From Octopus vulgaris (taxonomy: Eukaryota): DNA of 64,000 nucleotides. The translations under genes and the position numbers were made by a program. The stretch is taken from NCBI GenBank assembly GCA_951406725.2, contig OX597839.1:12958001-13022000 (forward strand). Reading direction: 5' to 3'. The notes below the pieces were generated by a model that did no database searches, was not told the DNA's origin, and saw only the letters and a program-made list of their open reading frames with translations. Shown here piece by piece: positions 12,590-24,914 of the stretch. How positions within the stretch are numbered: the first letter of the stretch is position 1; the number at the start of each line of letters is the position of its first letter.

Positions 12590-12875
12590 TATTTAAGAGA
12601 TGAGAAATTATGTACATTATTTACATTATTTACATTGGACGGATATTTTTCCTCATCTTGTTTGTTGTTAACACAACATTTCGGCTGATATACCCTCCAG
12701 CCTTCTTCAGGTGTCTTGGGGAAATTTCAAACCAGGGTTCTCATTCCTAAGGTATTTTTCGATGTTATTATTATTATTGTTATTGTTCAGGTCACTGCTT
12801 GGAATTAAACTCGGAATCTTGGGGTTAATAGCCCGTGCTCTTAACCACTAAACCCATATGCCCGTGGGCATATGC
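12590..12875 (-). mobile_element. tRNA-headed SINE-like element carrying a hammerhead ribozyme
   Basis: Minus-strand head gggcatatgggtttagtggttaagagcacgggc...gagtttaattcc (A/B boxes, 12790-12863), then (AAT)n, then the HHR at 12670-12715. Short inverted duplication at the 5' end. Confidence 0.7.
12670..12715 (-). ncRNA. Minimal type I hammerhead ribozyme (+1A variant)
   Basis: gacac CUGAAGA A GGCUG gaggguauau CAGCC GAAA UG U U guguu: 5-bp stem I, 5-bp stem II, canonical CUGANGA and GAAA. Confidence 0.7.
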
Positions 12876-13667
12876 TGTAGGAATATTGTTATTGTTCAGG
12901 ACAGACAAAGGACAGACAAATGAATTAAGTCGATTATATCGACCCCAGTGTGTAACTGGTACTTATTTAATCGACCCCGAAAGGATGAAAGGCAAAGTCG
13001 ACCTCGGCGGAATTTGAACTTCGAACATAGCAGCAGACGAAATACTGCTAAGCATTTCTTCCAGCGTGCTAGCGTTTCTGCCAGCTCACCACCTTATATA
13101 TACCTATGAGTGAGCATGTGTGTGTGTGTGTGTGTGTGGAGAGAAAAAAATAGTAAGATAGAAATACAGACACACACACACGCACGCACAAACACACACA
13201 CACACACTCACGAAGAAACGCATCACCTCACTCCTCCTCCTCCTCTGCCTCTTCATCAAATACTTAATGGTCAGTCACACACTGAGAGGCATCACTGATA
13301 CATTCACAAGATATGAAATTCAGTTTTATCTATTCGTATAATCTTTGAAAGTTAACACAGTCAGGTGTGTTTTTAATGGTGGTCATGGCCAGAGAGGCTG
13401 TATTATTCAATCTTTAAATATAAATGTGGGTCTCTACCATTGTTTCTTTTATCTCTGTTGGAGAAATGTTCAATTGTAATGTGAAGTATTCTTTTGTGAT
13501 TTCAGGAAATAGATTTGTTATAAAAGAATTAAATGTACCATTCCTTTGAATATATGTATATATATATATATATATATCCCTCTCTTTCTCTTTTTATATA
13601 TGTATACATACAAACACACAGACAGACACACACACACACACATACATACATACATACATACATATAT

Positions 13668-14065
13668 ACTCTTTTACTTGTTTCAGTCATGTGACTGTGG
13701 CCATGCTGGAGCATCACCTTTAGTTGAGAAAATCGACCACAGGACTTACCCTTTGTAAGCCTAGTACTTATTCTATCAGTCTCTTTTGCTGAACCACTAA
13801 GTTACAGGGATGTAAACACACCAGCATCGGTTGTCAAGCGATGTTGGGGGAACAAACACAGACACACAAACACATATACATACATATATATATACACAGA
13901 CATATATATAAACACATATATACGACGGTCTTCTTTCAGTTTCCATCTACCAAATCCACTCACAAGGCTTTGGTCTGCTGAAGCTATAGTAGAAGACTCT
14001 TACCCAAGGTGTCACGCAGTGGGACTGAATCCGGAACCATGTGGTTCGTAAGCTAGCTACTTACT
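13668..14065 (-). mobile_element. SINE family A
   Basis: Reverse complement of the consensus. Further copies at about 19636-19968, 23051-23458, 28836-29245, 39985-40370, 53445-54030, 54065-54412 and 58308-58690 (all -), and 24913-25220, 56537-56998 and 61112-61500 (+). Confidence 0.85.
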
Positions 14066-14068
14066 ACA

Positions 14069-14134
<66 letters not shown>

Positions 14135-14404
14135 TATGTATGTGTGTGTGTTTATACAAATTGGTGGACAAACGAAAGAAAAGGACGCTCAACACATTTA
14201 AAAGGAGTTACATATTATTTAAAACAGTCTGATTTAGTTCCAAGTGACTTAAAGTTTCATAGGGCTCTAACAGAACCCTATCTTCTGGTAGCCATTTTGG
14301 ACTTCTTGTATCCCTCCATTCAGTAATCTAAACCCTGAAATAGAGGAACTTCTGTTAGAGGCATGCAAAACTTTAAATTGCATGGAACCGAATCAAACTA
14401 TTTT

Positions 14405-14540
<136 letters not shown>

Positions 14541-14789
14541 TTGACATGGGTTTGAAACACAGAGATTCTTGATTGCAAATTATTTGATACTCACGAATTC
14601 TCATTAGCTGTTGCAAGCAGATTTAATTTATTTGATAAACTTAGAACGATATTTCCAACAACATTGGGGCCTATTTCCTTCATTCTTACTCACATGAAAT
14701 GTCTGTGTATCTATGTATATATGTATGTATGTATATATATATATATGTGTGTGTGTGTGTCTGTGTGTGTGTGTATCTATGTGTATATG

Positions 14790-14820
<31 letters not shown>

Positions 14821-14821
14821 G

Positions 14822-15129
14822 TGGAGGCGCAATGGCCCAGTGGTTAGTGCAGCAGATTCACAGTCGTAGAATTGCAGTCTCAATTCCCAGACCGGGCGTT
14901 GTGAGTGTTTATTGAGTGAAAACACCCATAGCTCCACGACGCTCCGGCAGGGGGTGGTGGCAATCCCTGCTGTACTCTTTCGCTGCAACTTTCTCTCACT
15001 CTTTCTTCTGTTGGCCTGCTCGCTTAGCCAGCGGGGTGGCGTCATTTGAAGGCTAAAACAATGTGAAGTGCATTGTGACCAGCAATGTGTAGCAACATCT
15101 GATAGCCTGGTCGGTCACGTGATCACGTG

Positions 15130-15131
<2 letters not shown>
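14822..15131 (+). mobile_element. tRNA-derived SINE family C (tRNA-Arg-like head)
   Basis: ggaggcgcaatggcccagtggttag head and palindromic tail tcacgtgatcacgtga. Copies at 29864-30173 and 61588-61894 (+), 31438-31561 and 33340-33446 (-). Tail variants at 11583-11830, 19180-19620, 39435-39620 and 41205-41395. Confidence 0.85.
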
Positions 15132-15173
<42 letters not shown>

Positions 15174-15708
15174 TTTTCTTTTCCATTCAGATAAGATCAA
15201 CAAAAAAGTGTTCCATCTGCTGAGAGATGAATACTGGTGAATATACACAGTGTATAGTTAGGAGCTACTAATTGTTTTTGGTACATGGAAAATATTGTCT
15301 AGGCAGGTTTTAAAATATGCCTAGTGTCTCCAGGTGATGTTCAGGCTCTGTGCACATGGCCTATACAAGTTACAAATCAGGACAATAGAACAAGAAAAAT
15401 CATGAGAAAAGATGAGATGAAAGTGGGTTCAAAATATGGAATGGTGAAGAAAAAAAAACGGAAAAAGAAAGAGAAAAGAAAAAGAATTACACTCATGTTC
15501 CTTTTGACCATAGAGTTTGCAAGGCTAAATGGTCTATAATTGATGGAAGGGGGTCTAAAGTCTGCAACACAGCTACTCTATTTGGAGAGAGTGGTGTTCA
15601 CCAATTCACTGAAAGTAACTTGTCCATGTTTACATTTGCTGGAAATTTCTGATCTGGAATTCAGAAGTGTGGTGAAATTCTTCGATCTAAAAAGAATGTG
15701 CTATCTTG

Positions 15709-15967
15709 CAGCTATGCATAACTTGCAATTTTTTTATCCATTAACATAAGGCATGCATTTTTCTATGATTTTCCACACGATTATAAATGGCATGGAATTG
15801 GTCTTCAAATCCCATATGTGGCTTTCCAGTGTGAAGCCACTAAGTTGGTAAGCCACATATGGGGTTTGAAGACCAACTCCATGTCATTTATTATCAAGTG
15901 GAAAATCATAGAAAAATGCATGCTATGTGTGAATGGATAAAAATAAAATCCAAGTTATACATAGCTG
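15709..15967. repeat. Foldback inverted repeat with ~120-bp imperfect arms
   Basis: cagctatgcataacttg...ccatatgtggctt pairs with aagccacatatgg...caagttatacatagctg. Confidence 0.85.
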
Positions 15968-17028
15968 AATTAATGATGTGTTATCTCATAGCTTAAAGAT
16001 TTTGACTATGTAATTATTTATTTTTAGAATGACATTATAGGGTAGGTGTGAAAGTCCAGAGCTGGCCAGTTTAGATTTTAAACAGATAGAATATTTTGGC
16101 CAGATGTGGCTGGTTTAAATTCTAAAGGGTTAAATAAAGAAGGGTCACATTTATTGATATAGTTCTGGGTATCTCAGAAAAGACAGAATGGTCAAGGGTG
16201 GAATGTCTTTGAGAATAAGGCAACTTGATTATGGTTGATGTGAAGATAAGCAAATACTGTTATTGATCACTTTGTAACTTTATACAACAAACATTCCCTG
16301 TTCTCATGGAAAGGTCGAGACTTGTTACCCTCTTCACAACCATATAAAACTTATCTTGATTCATAAATTTTATGAAGTGCTTACATTTCGTGACACAAAC
16401 CATAACTAATTTCTCATGTGTGTGTGTGTGTGCATGCATGTGGGTGTGTTCATGTGTGTGTGGATGCATGAGTGCGTGAGTGTGTGTTGTGTGTGTGAGT
16501 GTTTGTGTGTGAGTGCATGTGTGTGTGAGTGTGCACGAATGTGTATGTTTGTGAATGTGTGTGTGATTATGTGTGAGTGAGTGTGTGTCTGCTTGCCTGC
16601 GTTTGTGTAGGTATGTGTGTGTGTGCATGTGTGTGTGAATATCTGTTATGTGTGTATGTGAGAGAGAGTTTTTGAGTGTGTGAATGTTTGCATGTGTGTG
16701 TGTGTAAATCTCCCAATTGTTATTACAAGTGACACACATTATATTACAAAGTGAAGAGTACTCAATACTTGAAGTAGAGTAAAAATTTATTATTATATTT
16801 CTAGTTAAGTAGGCCATATTTACATTACTTCAAATTTCATGGCCTCAAACAACAGTATATATGTATATATGTGTGTATTACTGGATTGATCTAGAAGTAA
16901 ACCAATCCAAAACATTGTTTACATTCCTCTAGAAATACCTGCGCAGATAAACACACATACACACACATATTTGGTGTGTGTGTGTGTGTGTTTGTGTTTA
17001 TGTTTGTCCCCACCCACACCACTTAACA

Positions 17029-17257
17029 CTTTCTTTACTACCCACAAGGGGCTAAACACAGAGAAAAAAACAAGGACATACAAACGGATTAAGTTGATTA
17101 TATCGACTCCAGTGCATAACTGGTGCTTAATTTATCGACCCCGAAAGGATGAAAGGCAAAGTCGACCTCGGCGGAATTCGAACTCAGAACGTAACGGCAG
17201 ATGAAATACCGCTAAGCATTTCGCCCGGCGTGCTAACGTTTCTGCCTGCTCACCGCC
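17029..17257 (-). mobile_element. SINE-B with ~25-bp TSD inside SINE-A
   Basis: ttgtccccacccacaccacttaaca occurs on both sides. Confidence 0.85.
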
Positions 17258-17364
17258 TTGTCCCCACCCACACCACTTAACAAATGGTGTTGGTTTGTTT
17301 ACATCCTTGAAATTTAACAATAGAATCAGTACCGGACTTAAGAGAAAAAGAAATACTAGAAGCA

Positions 17365-17650
17365 ATTTCGTTTTGGGATTTGGTTTGCAAGATTCTTTAT
17401 GAGTTTGTGTGTTGAAGCATGTTCTGTTGTGTCTTGGGAGAGTCATTTTCTTTTTGTGTCTTATAATTTAACACACTCACTGGTAAAATTTCCACTTAAT
17501 TTTTATTTGAAAAATTTTTTATTTTTTTTATTTTTATTTTTATTAATAAAAATAAAAATATAAATATAAGATTTAAGTGGAAATTTTACCAGTGAGTGTG
17601 TTAAATCATAAGGCACAAAAAGAAAATGTCTCTCCCTAGGCACAATAAAA
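17365..17650. mobile_element. Head-to-head inverted fragments of the 20610-20833 family
   Basis: Arms at about 17427-17499 and 17572-17646 are reverse complements and match 20700-20830. Confidence 0.8.
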
Positions 17651-17924
17651 GCAATTTATTTAGCTAAAAACCTTTCAAGGCAATGCCCCAGCATGGCCTT
17701 AATTCAATGACTGAAGCAAGTAAAAGAAGATAAAAGAAGACCTAGTACATTCAGTGTAGTGGCAGGTGTTATGAAGGGCATCCAACCATGACAACCAAAA
17801 AAAAAGTATATGAGTGAGGCCTGGTAGGACAGGCAGTGATTGTCTATTTTGGATTGTCAATACAAGCTGGAAGAAACTATTTTGTTGTTTAACTTGTTAG
17901 TCTGTCATGATGGAGCACACCTAT

Positions 17925-18496
17925 AATAATAAAAATAATAATAATGAAATTATTGTATACAGTGCTCAGGTGCACCACAACTTGTCAGAAAGTGCGTATA
18001 AAGTGTACAAATGTAATGTACAAATGTTTGGAAAGCGAACAATGTATGAGTCAGATACATGCTTGTGTGTGTATGGAGGGGAGAAAATCAGGTGTAGTGT
18101 TGGCGAATCGCAGGAAGCATGGAAGTTTTGAAGGATGCAGTGCTCCGACAACTAACAACCGATGCCGGCAGTTTGTTCCATGCTTCAGCAACTCTCAGTG
18201 TGAAAAAATGTTTCCTAAAGTCATGGGAGCTGTGCTGTTTTCTGACTTTGTAAATGTGTTAGACGGGTGGAGTTTGAAAAGGTGCTCAGAGTTATTGTTT
18301 GTAAGATGGTCAATAATTTTATGGGTGTCTGCCAAGTCAGCTGCCAGACGTCGGAGTTTCAATGTGTCCATGCCCAGGGAAGTAAAGCATTCAGAATATG
18401 GCAAATGCCTGATGGAGGGTATTCTTTTGGTTGCACATCGCTGAACGGCTTCCAGATGATTAATATCCTGGGCAAGATAGGGGTTCCAGACCGGTG
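17925..18496 (-). pseudogene. 5'-truncated CR1/L2-group LINE, ORF2 C-terminus and 3' UTR
   Basis: WNPYLAQDINHLEAVQRCATKRIPSIRHLPYSE..LGMDTLKLRRLAADL is typical of the post-RT region of CR1-type ORF2; (ATT)n tail. Confidence 0.85.
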
Positions 18497-18844
18497 TCCA
18501 AGTGTGACCTTGCCATCGTTTATAGACATGATGTTGGTCTTCATACAGGCATAGTGTATCTAGGATTGCATTGTTCAATGTGTCCTTTCCTGTTGCTGTT
18601 GTTGTTGTTGTTGTTGTTTGACTCCTGGTTATTCCTGATCCATCAGACCCAAAATGAAATAATGTTCCAATTGTAACAATCTCATCTCTGCTTTTTTCAG
18701 ACAGTGTATCTAGAAATACATCATCCCTCATATCCAGTAGGGTGCGATATGAGGGAGATTTAGCTGTTATTTCAAGCAGGTCAGTTTACCTGCTAGAAAT
18801 AAAAGAGGCTCTCAAACAGCATCTTATTTGTTTTATATGGAGTC

Positions 18845-19000
18845 ACCCTTAATGAGAAGTCTGCCTGAAAAGGTGTTCATGGTAACGAGAAACGTGTTTT
18901 TAATGACTGTTCACTATAATGAGGTCCCATTTACATGGTGTTCACTTTAATGAGAAGTCTGATTGAAATAATGTTCTCTTTAATGAGAAGTCTGTTCGTT
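18845..19000. repeat. Degenerate ~32-33-bp minisatellite
   Basis: ttaatgagaagtctg at about 18849, 18946 and 18979, with decayed units between. Confidence 0.6.
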
Positions 19001-20642
19001 CTAAATCTAATTTAACTCTTTAGTATTTAAACCGGCCATAACCAGCCCAAATAGTCTACATGTTATATGTTTGAAATGGCTAGATCCAGCCTTTCACACA
19101 TTGTCTTTTCAAAAATAAACAAGCATATCATTGAAATCTCAAAGCTGTGAAATAATGTGTGATTAATTCAAAACAATTGTGAATGCACATGGCTTAGTGG
19201 TTAGAGCAGCAGACTCACGGTTGAGGGATCACAGGTTCGAATCTCAGACCGGGCGATGTGTTCATTTATGAGTGAAACACCTAAGCTCCAGGCAGTTCCA
19301 GCAGAAAGTAATGGCAAACTTCTGCTGACCCTTTTGCCACAACTTTCTCTCACTCTTTCCTCCTGCATCTAGCAGTTCACCTGTGCCGGACTGGCATCCT
19401 GTCCAGGTGGAGAAACTATAGGCCAATGAAATTGGGAAACTGTAATGTAATGGCAAATTTCTGCTGACTCTTTTGCCACAACTTTCTCTTGCTCTTTCTT
19501 CCTGCATCTATCAGCTCACCTGCGACAGACTGGCATCCTGTCTAGGTGGGAAAACTATCGGCCAATGAAACCGGGATACTGGTTCTTATGAGCCAGGCAT
19601 GGCTTGAGAAGGAACAAACAACAGATTCAAAACAATCGACTTATTCTTTGTAAGCCTAGTACTTATTCTATCAGTCTCTTTTGCTGAACTGCTAAGTTAC
19701 GGGGACGTAAACACACCAGCATCTGTTGTCAAGCAATGTTGGGGGGGGGGGACAAACACAGACACACAAACACACACTCACATATATATATATATACATA
19801 TATACGATGGGCTTCTTTCAGTTTCTGTCTACCAAATCCACTCACAAGGCTTTGGTTGGCCCGAGGCTAGAGTAGAAGACACTTGCCCAAGGTGCCATGC
19901 AGTGGGAATGAACCCTGAACCATGTGGCTGGTAAGCAAGCTACTTACCACACAGCCATTCCTGCGCCTATATATAAAAAGTTAGGATATTATATACCTCT
20001 AATCTAAATTTCAAGGGTCTGTTGAAGGTTGGGTTATAACCAGTATAGTCCTCCCAAAGATTGATCTCATATTCTTTATTACACTTGCTTGCATTCTCTT
20101 TAGAATCATGTCTCAATCTGATTCATTCTCACTTGAATGACTGGTTTGTCTTGAATTTTTATTACAGCTCAAATCATTTATTTGACACTGTTACATTTGA
20201 GTCAGTTCACTCCCTAGTGTTCAACAGTACAACTACAACTCTGACAATGACTACCATAACACTTATATAACTATCTGTGTAACATATCTCCAAAGAACAA
20301 AACAAAATCCAGAAATTCCATGACAAAAACTGAATATTCAAGTTACTCAGCATTTTTCTATTCAAAGACATTTTCTTGTTTTATTTTTATGGCTTACTCA
20401 GAGACGGAAGTAATGTCTTTTATATTTTGGGAGCTAATACAGTTTTATGCCTTACATAATGGATTTGCTTTGAACATGCTGTCTAACAATTTTCTTTCAG
20501 CAAAGCACTTTCACATCTTATCATCCACATTCCACTTTGTGCCCACCTACAGTAGCCGCATAGCCTATATGGTTGCATAACCTGCTAGAATAGCAACCAA
20601 ATCTCCTTCAACAAAGCGTGAAAAATAATCAGAGAGTCAAGA

Positions 20643-20679
20643 CTATTGAAAAGGTTGCCAAACGCAACGAAAATTTTAG
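20643..20679 (+). ncRNA. Hammerhead-like motif, U3-A8 variant (+1G)
   Basis: cua UUGAAAA G GUUGC caaac GCAAC GAAA AU U U uag, inside dispersed element 20610-20833. Stem I is only 3 bp. Confidence 0.45.
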
Positions 20680-21579
20680 GAAAATAAAAATAAGAAATCA
20701 GTGGAAATTTTACCGGTGAGTGTGTTAAATTATAAGGCATAAAAAGAAAATGACTCTCCTCCGACACAACAGAATATGCTTCAACACACAAACTCACATA
20801 AAGAATCTTGCAAACCAAATCCCAAAACAAAATAATCAGATCACTTACTCATTTATTCTCTGTCTATTTCTTTTTTTTTTTAGACGAACTTTAATCTTCA
20901 GTTCATATTTGATCATCTAATTTCACAACTTCTTAGATGAGCCAGCCCCTGCCCAACACAAATAGGATTGACCAAGGGCTCGTAGTACTAGCTTGGATTC
21001 ATATAAACATATCACAATCCTAACTATATTTCATTGAATTCTTCTCTATTTGGCAGCCATCTACACCTTCAGTATTTCCTACTTCTTTTATCGTTTATCT
21101 TTTACTTGTTTCATTCATTAGACCGTGGCCATGCTGGAGCACCACCTTGAGGAATTTTAGTTGAACGAATTAAACCAGAGCATTTTTTAAGCCAGGTAGA
21201 CTTCAGAGTAGAGTTCTAGTCAAAATACAACAGAAAGGACTCTGCTAAAGGTACTCAAGGGGCAGATGGTTGGGGTGGGGTGGAGGTGGATATGCATAGG
21301 AATAGATTTAGGTCTATTACATGAGTACAAAAGAGTTTTATTCAAACATAGTGTATCGTGGACTACATTAGCCAATGTGTCCTTCAACATTTTAAATCTG
21401 TAGGGTGTGAGTTGAAGGAGGTTTTGACTAAATTTCTAGTAAGCTGAATATTGAGGCTTTCTTGATGGCTTGTGTGTGCACGTGTGTGTGCGTACATGTG
21501 TGTGTGTGTGTGTGTGTAATAAAAACAGACAAATGGGTTATGTAAGGTAAAAGTAAAGTTACCTATTTGAGTCATACTG

Positions 21580-21770
21580 ACTCATAAGAGCCAGTCTCCT
21601 GGTTTCATGGTGGATATATTCCCCACCTGTACAGGATGCCAGTCCCTCACAGGATTACTCACTTTTGCTAGCTGAGTGGACTGGAGTAATGTGAAATGAA
21701 GTGTTATGTTCAAGAACACAGTGCGTCACATGGTCCAGGAATTGAAACCACAATCTTACGATCATGAGTG
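21580..21770 (-). mobile_element. tRNA-derived SINE family F
   Basis: Shares agctgagtggactggag...aagaacac...ccaggaattgaaaccacaatc with 52005-52242, 24690-24810 and 52985-53050. Confidence 0.7.
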
Positions 21771-21937
21771 TCTGTGTGTATGTGTGCACGTGTGCATGTG
21801 TATGTGCACGCATGTGTGTGTGCGTGTGTGTTGGTGTATAATATATATGTGTGTATACATATATGTATGTATGTATATATGTATATATATGTATATATAT
21901 CCACAGATATATACATACATATACATGCACACACACA

Positions 21938-21968
<31 letters not shown>

Positions 21969-22588
21969 TCAGATATATCTTTCACTTGTTTCAGTCATTT
22001 GACTGTGGCCATTCTGGGATATTGCTTTGAAGAATTTTAGCCGCTAAGTTATGGAGATGTAAACACACCAACACCGGTCATCAAGTGCTGGTAGGGGGCA
22101 AGCACAAACGCAAAGGTATACTCACACATAGGTTATATGGTACTATTACAATTGTTTCCTTTGATATCTTAATTGTGAAATACCATAATACAATTAGTTA
22201 GACTGCATAAAATGTTACATAACTCCCAACACAACAGGAATCTAAATAAACTAGAGAGCTATGGCTTGTTTATTAATAAACAAATCATCAACAAGTGAAA
22301 TTCTTAATCAGAAATACCAACTTTAAAAGATTTAAATAGGGTGTGTCCTCAGGCTCTCCATCAAGAGGGGTGGATAGTGGAATAAGAATGTAAATAAACT
22401 GACATTAAAGATATTAATGTCCTTAAGAAGTCATTAATCCTAGCAACCACACTAGTAGAAGCCAGTAATAGCAGAATTTAATCAAATACAACTGATATTC
22501 AGTGTAAAGATATGGCATTTAACTCTTTCAAAAATATTTAAAGGCTTTTGCTGGTGTTGTTCTAAAACATTTTCTTATACTATATTAC

Positions 22589-23005
22589 TATTTCTTTACT
22601 ACCCACAAGGGGCTAAACAAAGAGGGGACGAACAAGGACAGACAAACGGATTAAGTTGATTATATCGACCCCAGTGCATAACTGGTACTTAATTTATCGA
22701 CCCCGAAAGGATGAAAGGCAAAGTCGACCTCGGCGGAATTTGAACTCAGAACTTAGCAGCAGATGAAATACCTATTTCTTTATTACCCACAAGGGGCTAA
22801 ACATAGAGGGGACAAACAAGGACAGACATAGGTATTAAGTCGATTACTCCGACCCCAGTGCATAACTGGTACTTAATTTATCGACCCCCGAATGGATGAA
22901 AGGCAAAGTCGACCATGGCAGAATTTGAACCCAGAACATAGCGGCCGACGAAATACCGCTAAGCATTTCGCCTGGCATGCTAACGTTTCTGCCAGCTCGC
23001 CGCCT
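22589..23005 (-). mobile_element. SINE-B tandem dimer
   Basis: Full unit plus a second unit restarting at ggtatttc. Confidence 0.85.
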
Positions 23006-23006
23006 T

Positions 23007-23652
23007 TTAACCCTTTTGTTACTGTATTTATTTTGAGATGCTCTGTGTTTCTCTCTTTTACTCTCTTTTACTTGTTTCAGTCATTTGACTGTGGCCATGC
23101 TGGAGCACTGCCTTTAGTCGAGCAAATCGACCCCAGGACGTATTCTATGTAAGCCTAGTACTTATTCTATCGGTATCTTTTGCCGAACCACTAAGTTACG
23201 GGGACATAAACACACCAGCATCGGTTGTCAAGCTATGTTGCGGGGGAACAAACACAGATACAGAAACGTATACACACACATATACATATACATATATACG
23301 ACGGGCTTCTTATTTTCCGTCTACTAAATCCACTCACAAGGCTTTGGTCGGCCTGAGGCAATAGTAGAAGACCCGTGCCCAAGGTGCCACGCAGTGGGAC
23401 TGAACCTGGAACCATGTGGTTGGTAAGCAAGCTACTTACCACGCAGCCACTCCTACTCCTATTACTTTCTTTCAGTTACTTTAAATATAACAAAGAATTT
23501 AGTAAAATAACTTAGTTATCATTCAGCTAGTGTTAGGAACATAAATTGTAACTAAGGTTTGGTGGAAGATTTTAATTCAAAACTTATGAAAACAAGAGAT
23601 TTGTACTCAGAACCTGAGCCAGTTTCAGCCGGGTTGGTAACGAAAGGGTTAA
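23007..23652 (+). mobile_element. TTAA-flanked piggyBac-like MITE, family 2, interrupted by SINE-A
   Basis: ttaacccttttgttac...gtaacgaaagggttaa TIRs; uninterrupted copy at 47670-47897. Confidence 0.85.
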
Positions 23653-24465
23653 ATTTAGCATTAATTGCTTATTTACTTAATTAATCAGGACAAATGTGTA
23701 CTGAAAGAAAAATACTGAATCAATAGAATATTAACATCAGTTAATGGAGATTCAGTTAATTATAATATAACAAGAATAATTTAGGGTTGAAACATCTGGC
23801 TAAATAGGTTTAGTGCAAATGTTAAGGCGATGGAGGGAAAACAAAGATGGGAAGAAAAGGAAAAAAGTAATGGAAACAATAAGATAAAGTAAGTAGAGAG
23901 AAAATAAATCAGAAAGAACATGATTCATGCAATAAGAAGCTGGTATATGGCATTTTTAGTTTTACAGTTTTTATGCCTATACCAAACACATCCATTTTAA
24001 ATTTCTTAAATGTTGATATTTCTGATTATAAGTTTCATTTGTTGATATTCTGTTGATTAATTGTCAAGTCACTACTCATTTATTTGGTGGCCTGATGAGT
24101 TGGGAGCTTTGTAACATTTTATGCAATCTAACTGTTTTATGCTTATGTCACAATAAAGACTTCTAATGAAACAATTGTAGTGAAAGCAGGTAACCCACTG
24201 GTTTGTTTCCATTATATTCTTATGCCACACTTAAGTTTCGATTCATCATTGGATAACTTAGGATAATTTTGGATAAATCTGGAACTCTGAATCACCTGAC
24301 AACCGTGAACTGTTTTTATTGATGCATTCTGTGCTAAGATTGGATTACTTATCTGACTTTTTGGCATCATTCTGTGTAATTAATTTGTGGTTTGCCTCAA
24401 TTTGATATGCTTTGTGCATATATGTGAGTGTGTTTGTTTATGTGTGTGTGCATGTATATATGTAT

Positions 24466-24522
<57 letters not shown>

Positions 24523-24827
24523 ACTCTCCCATTGTTAGATGATGTATGATGGTTCAACAATTTCTTATTGAACAACTACACAGATGATTTGTTTATAGTG
24601 ATCAAATGTTTGTGCACACATAAGCACACGCCCTTCATCAAATCAACATTACCTGTACAGGTGCACTGGGTGCCACATGTCAGAGGATGAAAATGATTGC
24701 AGTGCAATATGAAATGAAGTGCTTTACACAAGAGCACAACACAATGCCTGGTCTGGGAATTGAAACCAGGATCTTGAAATCATGAGTGCAACACCTTAGC
24801 CAGTCACCATTTTTCATTCCATATCGG

Positions 24828-24914
24828 CTTCCTCTGATGAGCATAGGGTTACATAACCAGATTGTTACCTAACACTCCATTGAATCCCTAGTGCAAAACT
24901 GATTGGTAAAATCT
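24828..24914 (+). ncRNA. Decayed hammerhead ribozyme
   Basis: CUGAUGA, stem II gcauaggg/cccuagugc, then AAAA (GAAA decayed), cugauugg (possible CpG-decayed ccgaucgg) and UA. Stem I is poor. Confidence 0.4.

Noticed and set aside
14822-14895. tRNA gene-like sequences at SINE heads (A, B, C, E, F)
   Set aside because: No complete acceptor stem or terminator, and each is followed by a repeat body, so these are SINE heads rather than tRNA genes.
15191-15236. Possible micro-exon (ttccattcag ... gtgaat; KINKKVFHLLRDEY). Similar candidates near 8418-8450 (-), 10630-10706 (+) and 52826-52895 (+)
   Set aside because: Splice-like signals only, with no recognisable homology or consistent gene model. 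Needs RNA-seq.
24085-24140. CTGATGA at about 24092
   Set aside because: No stem II-GAAA-UH arrangement follows.
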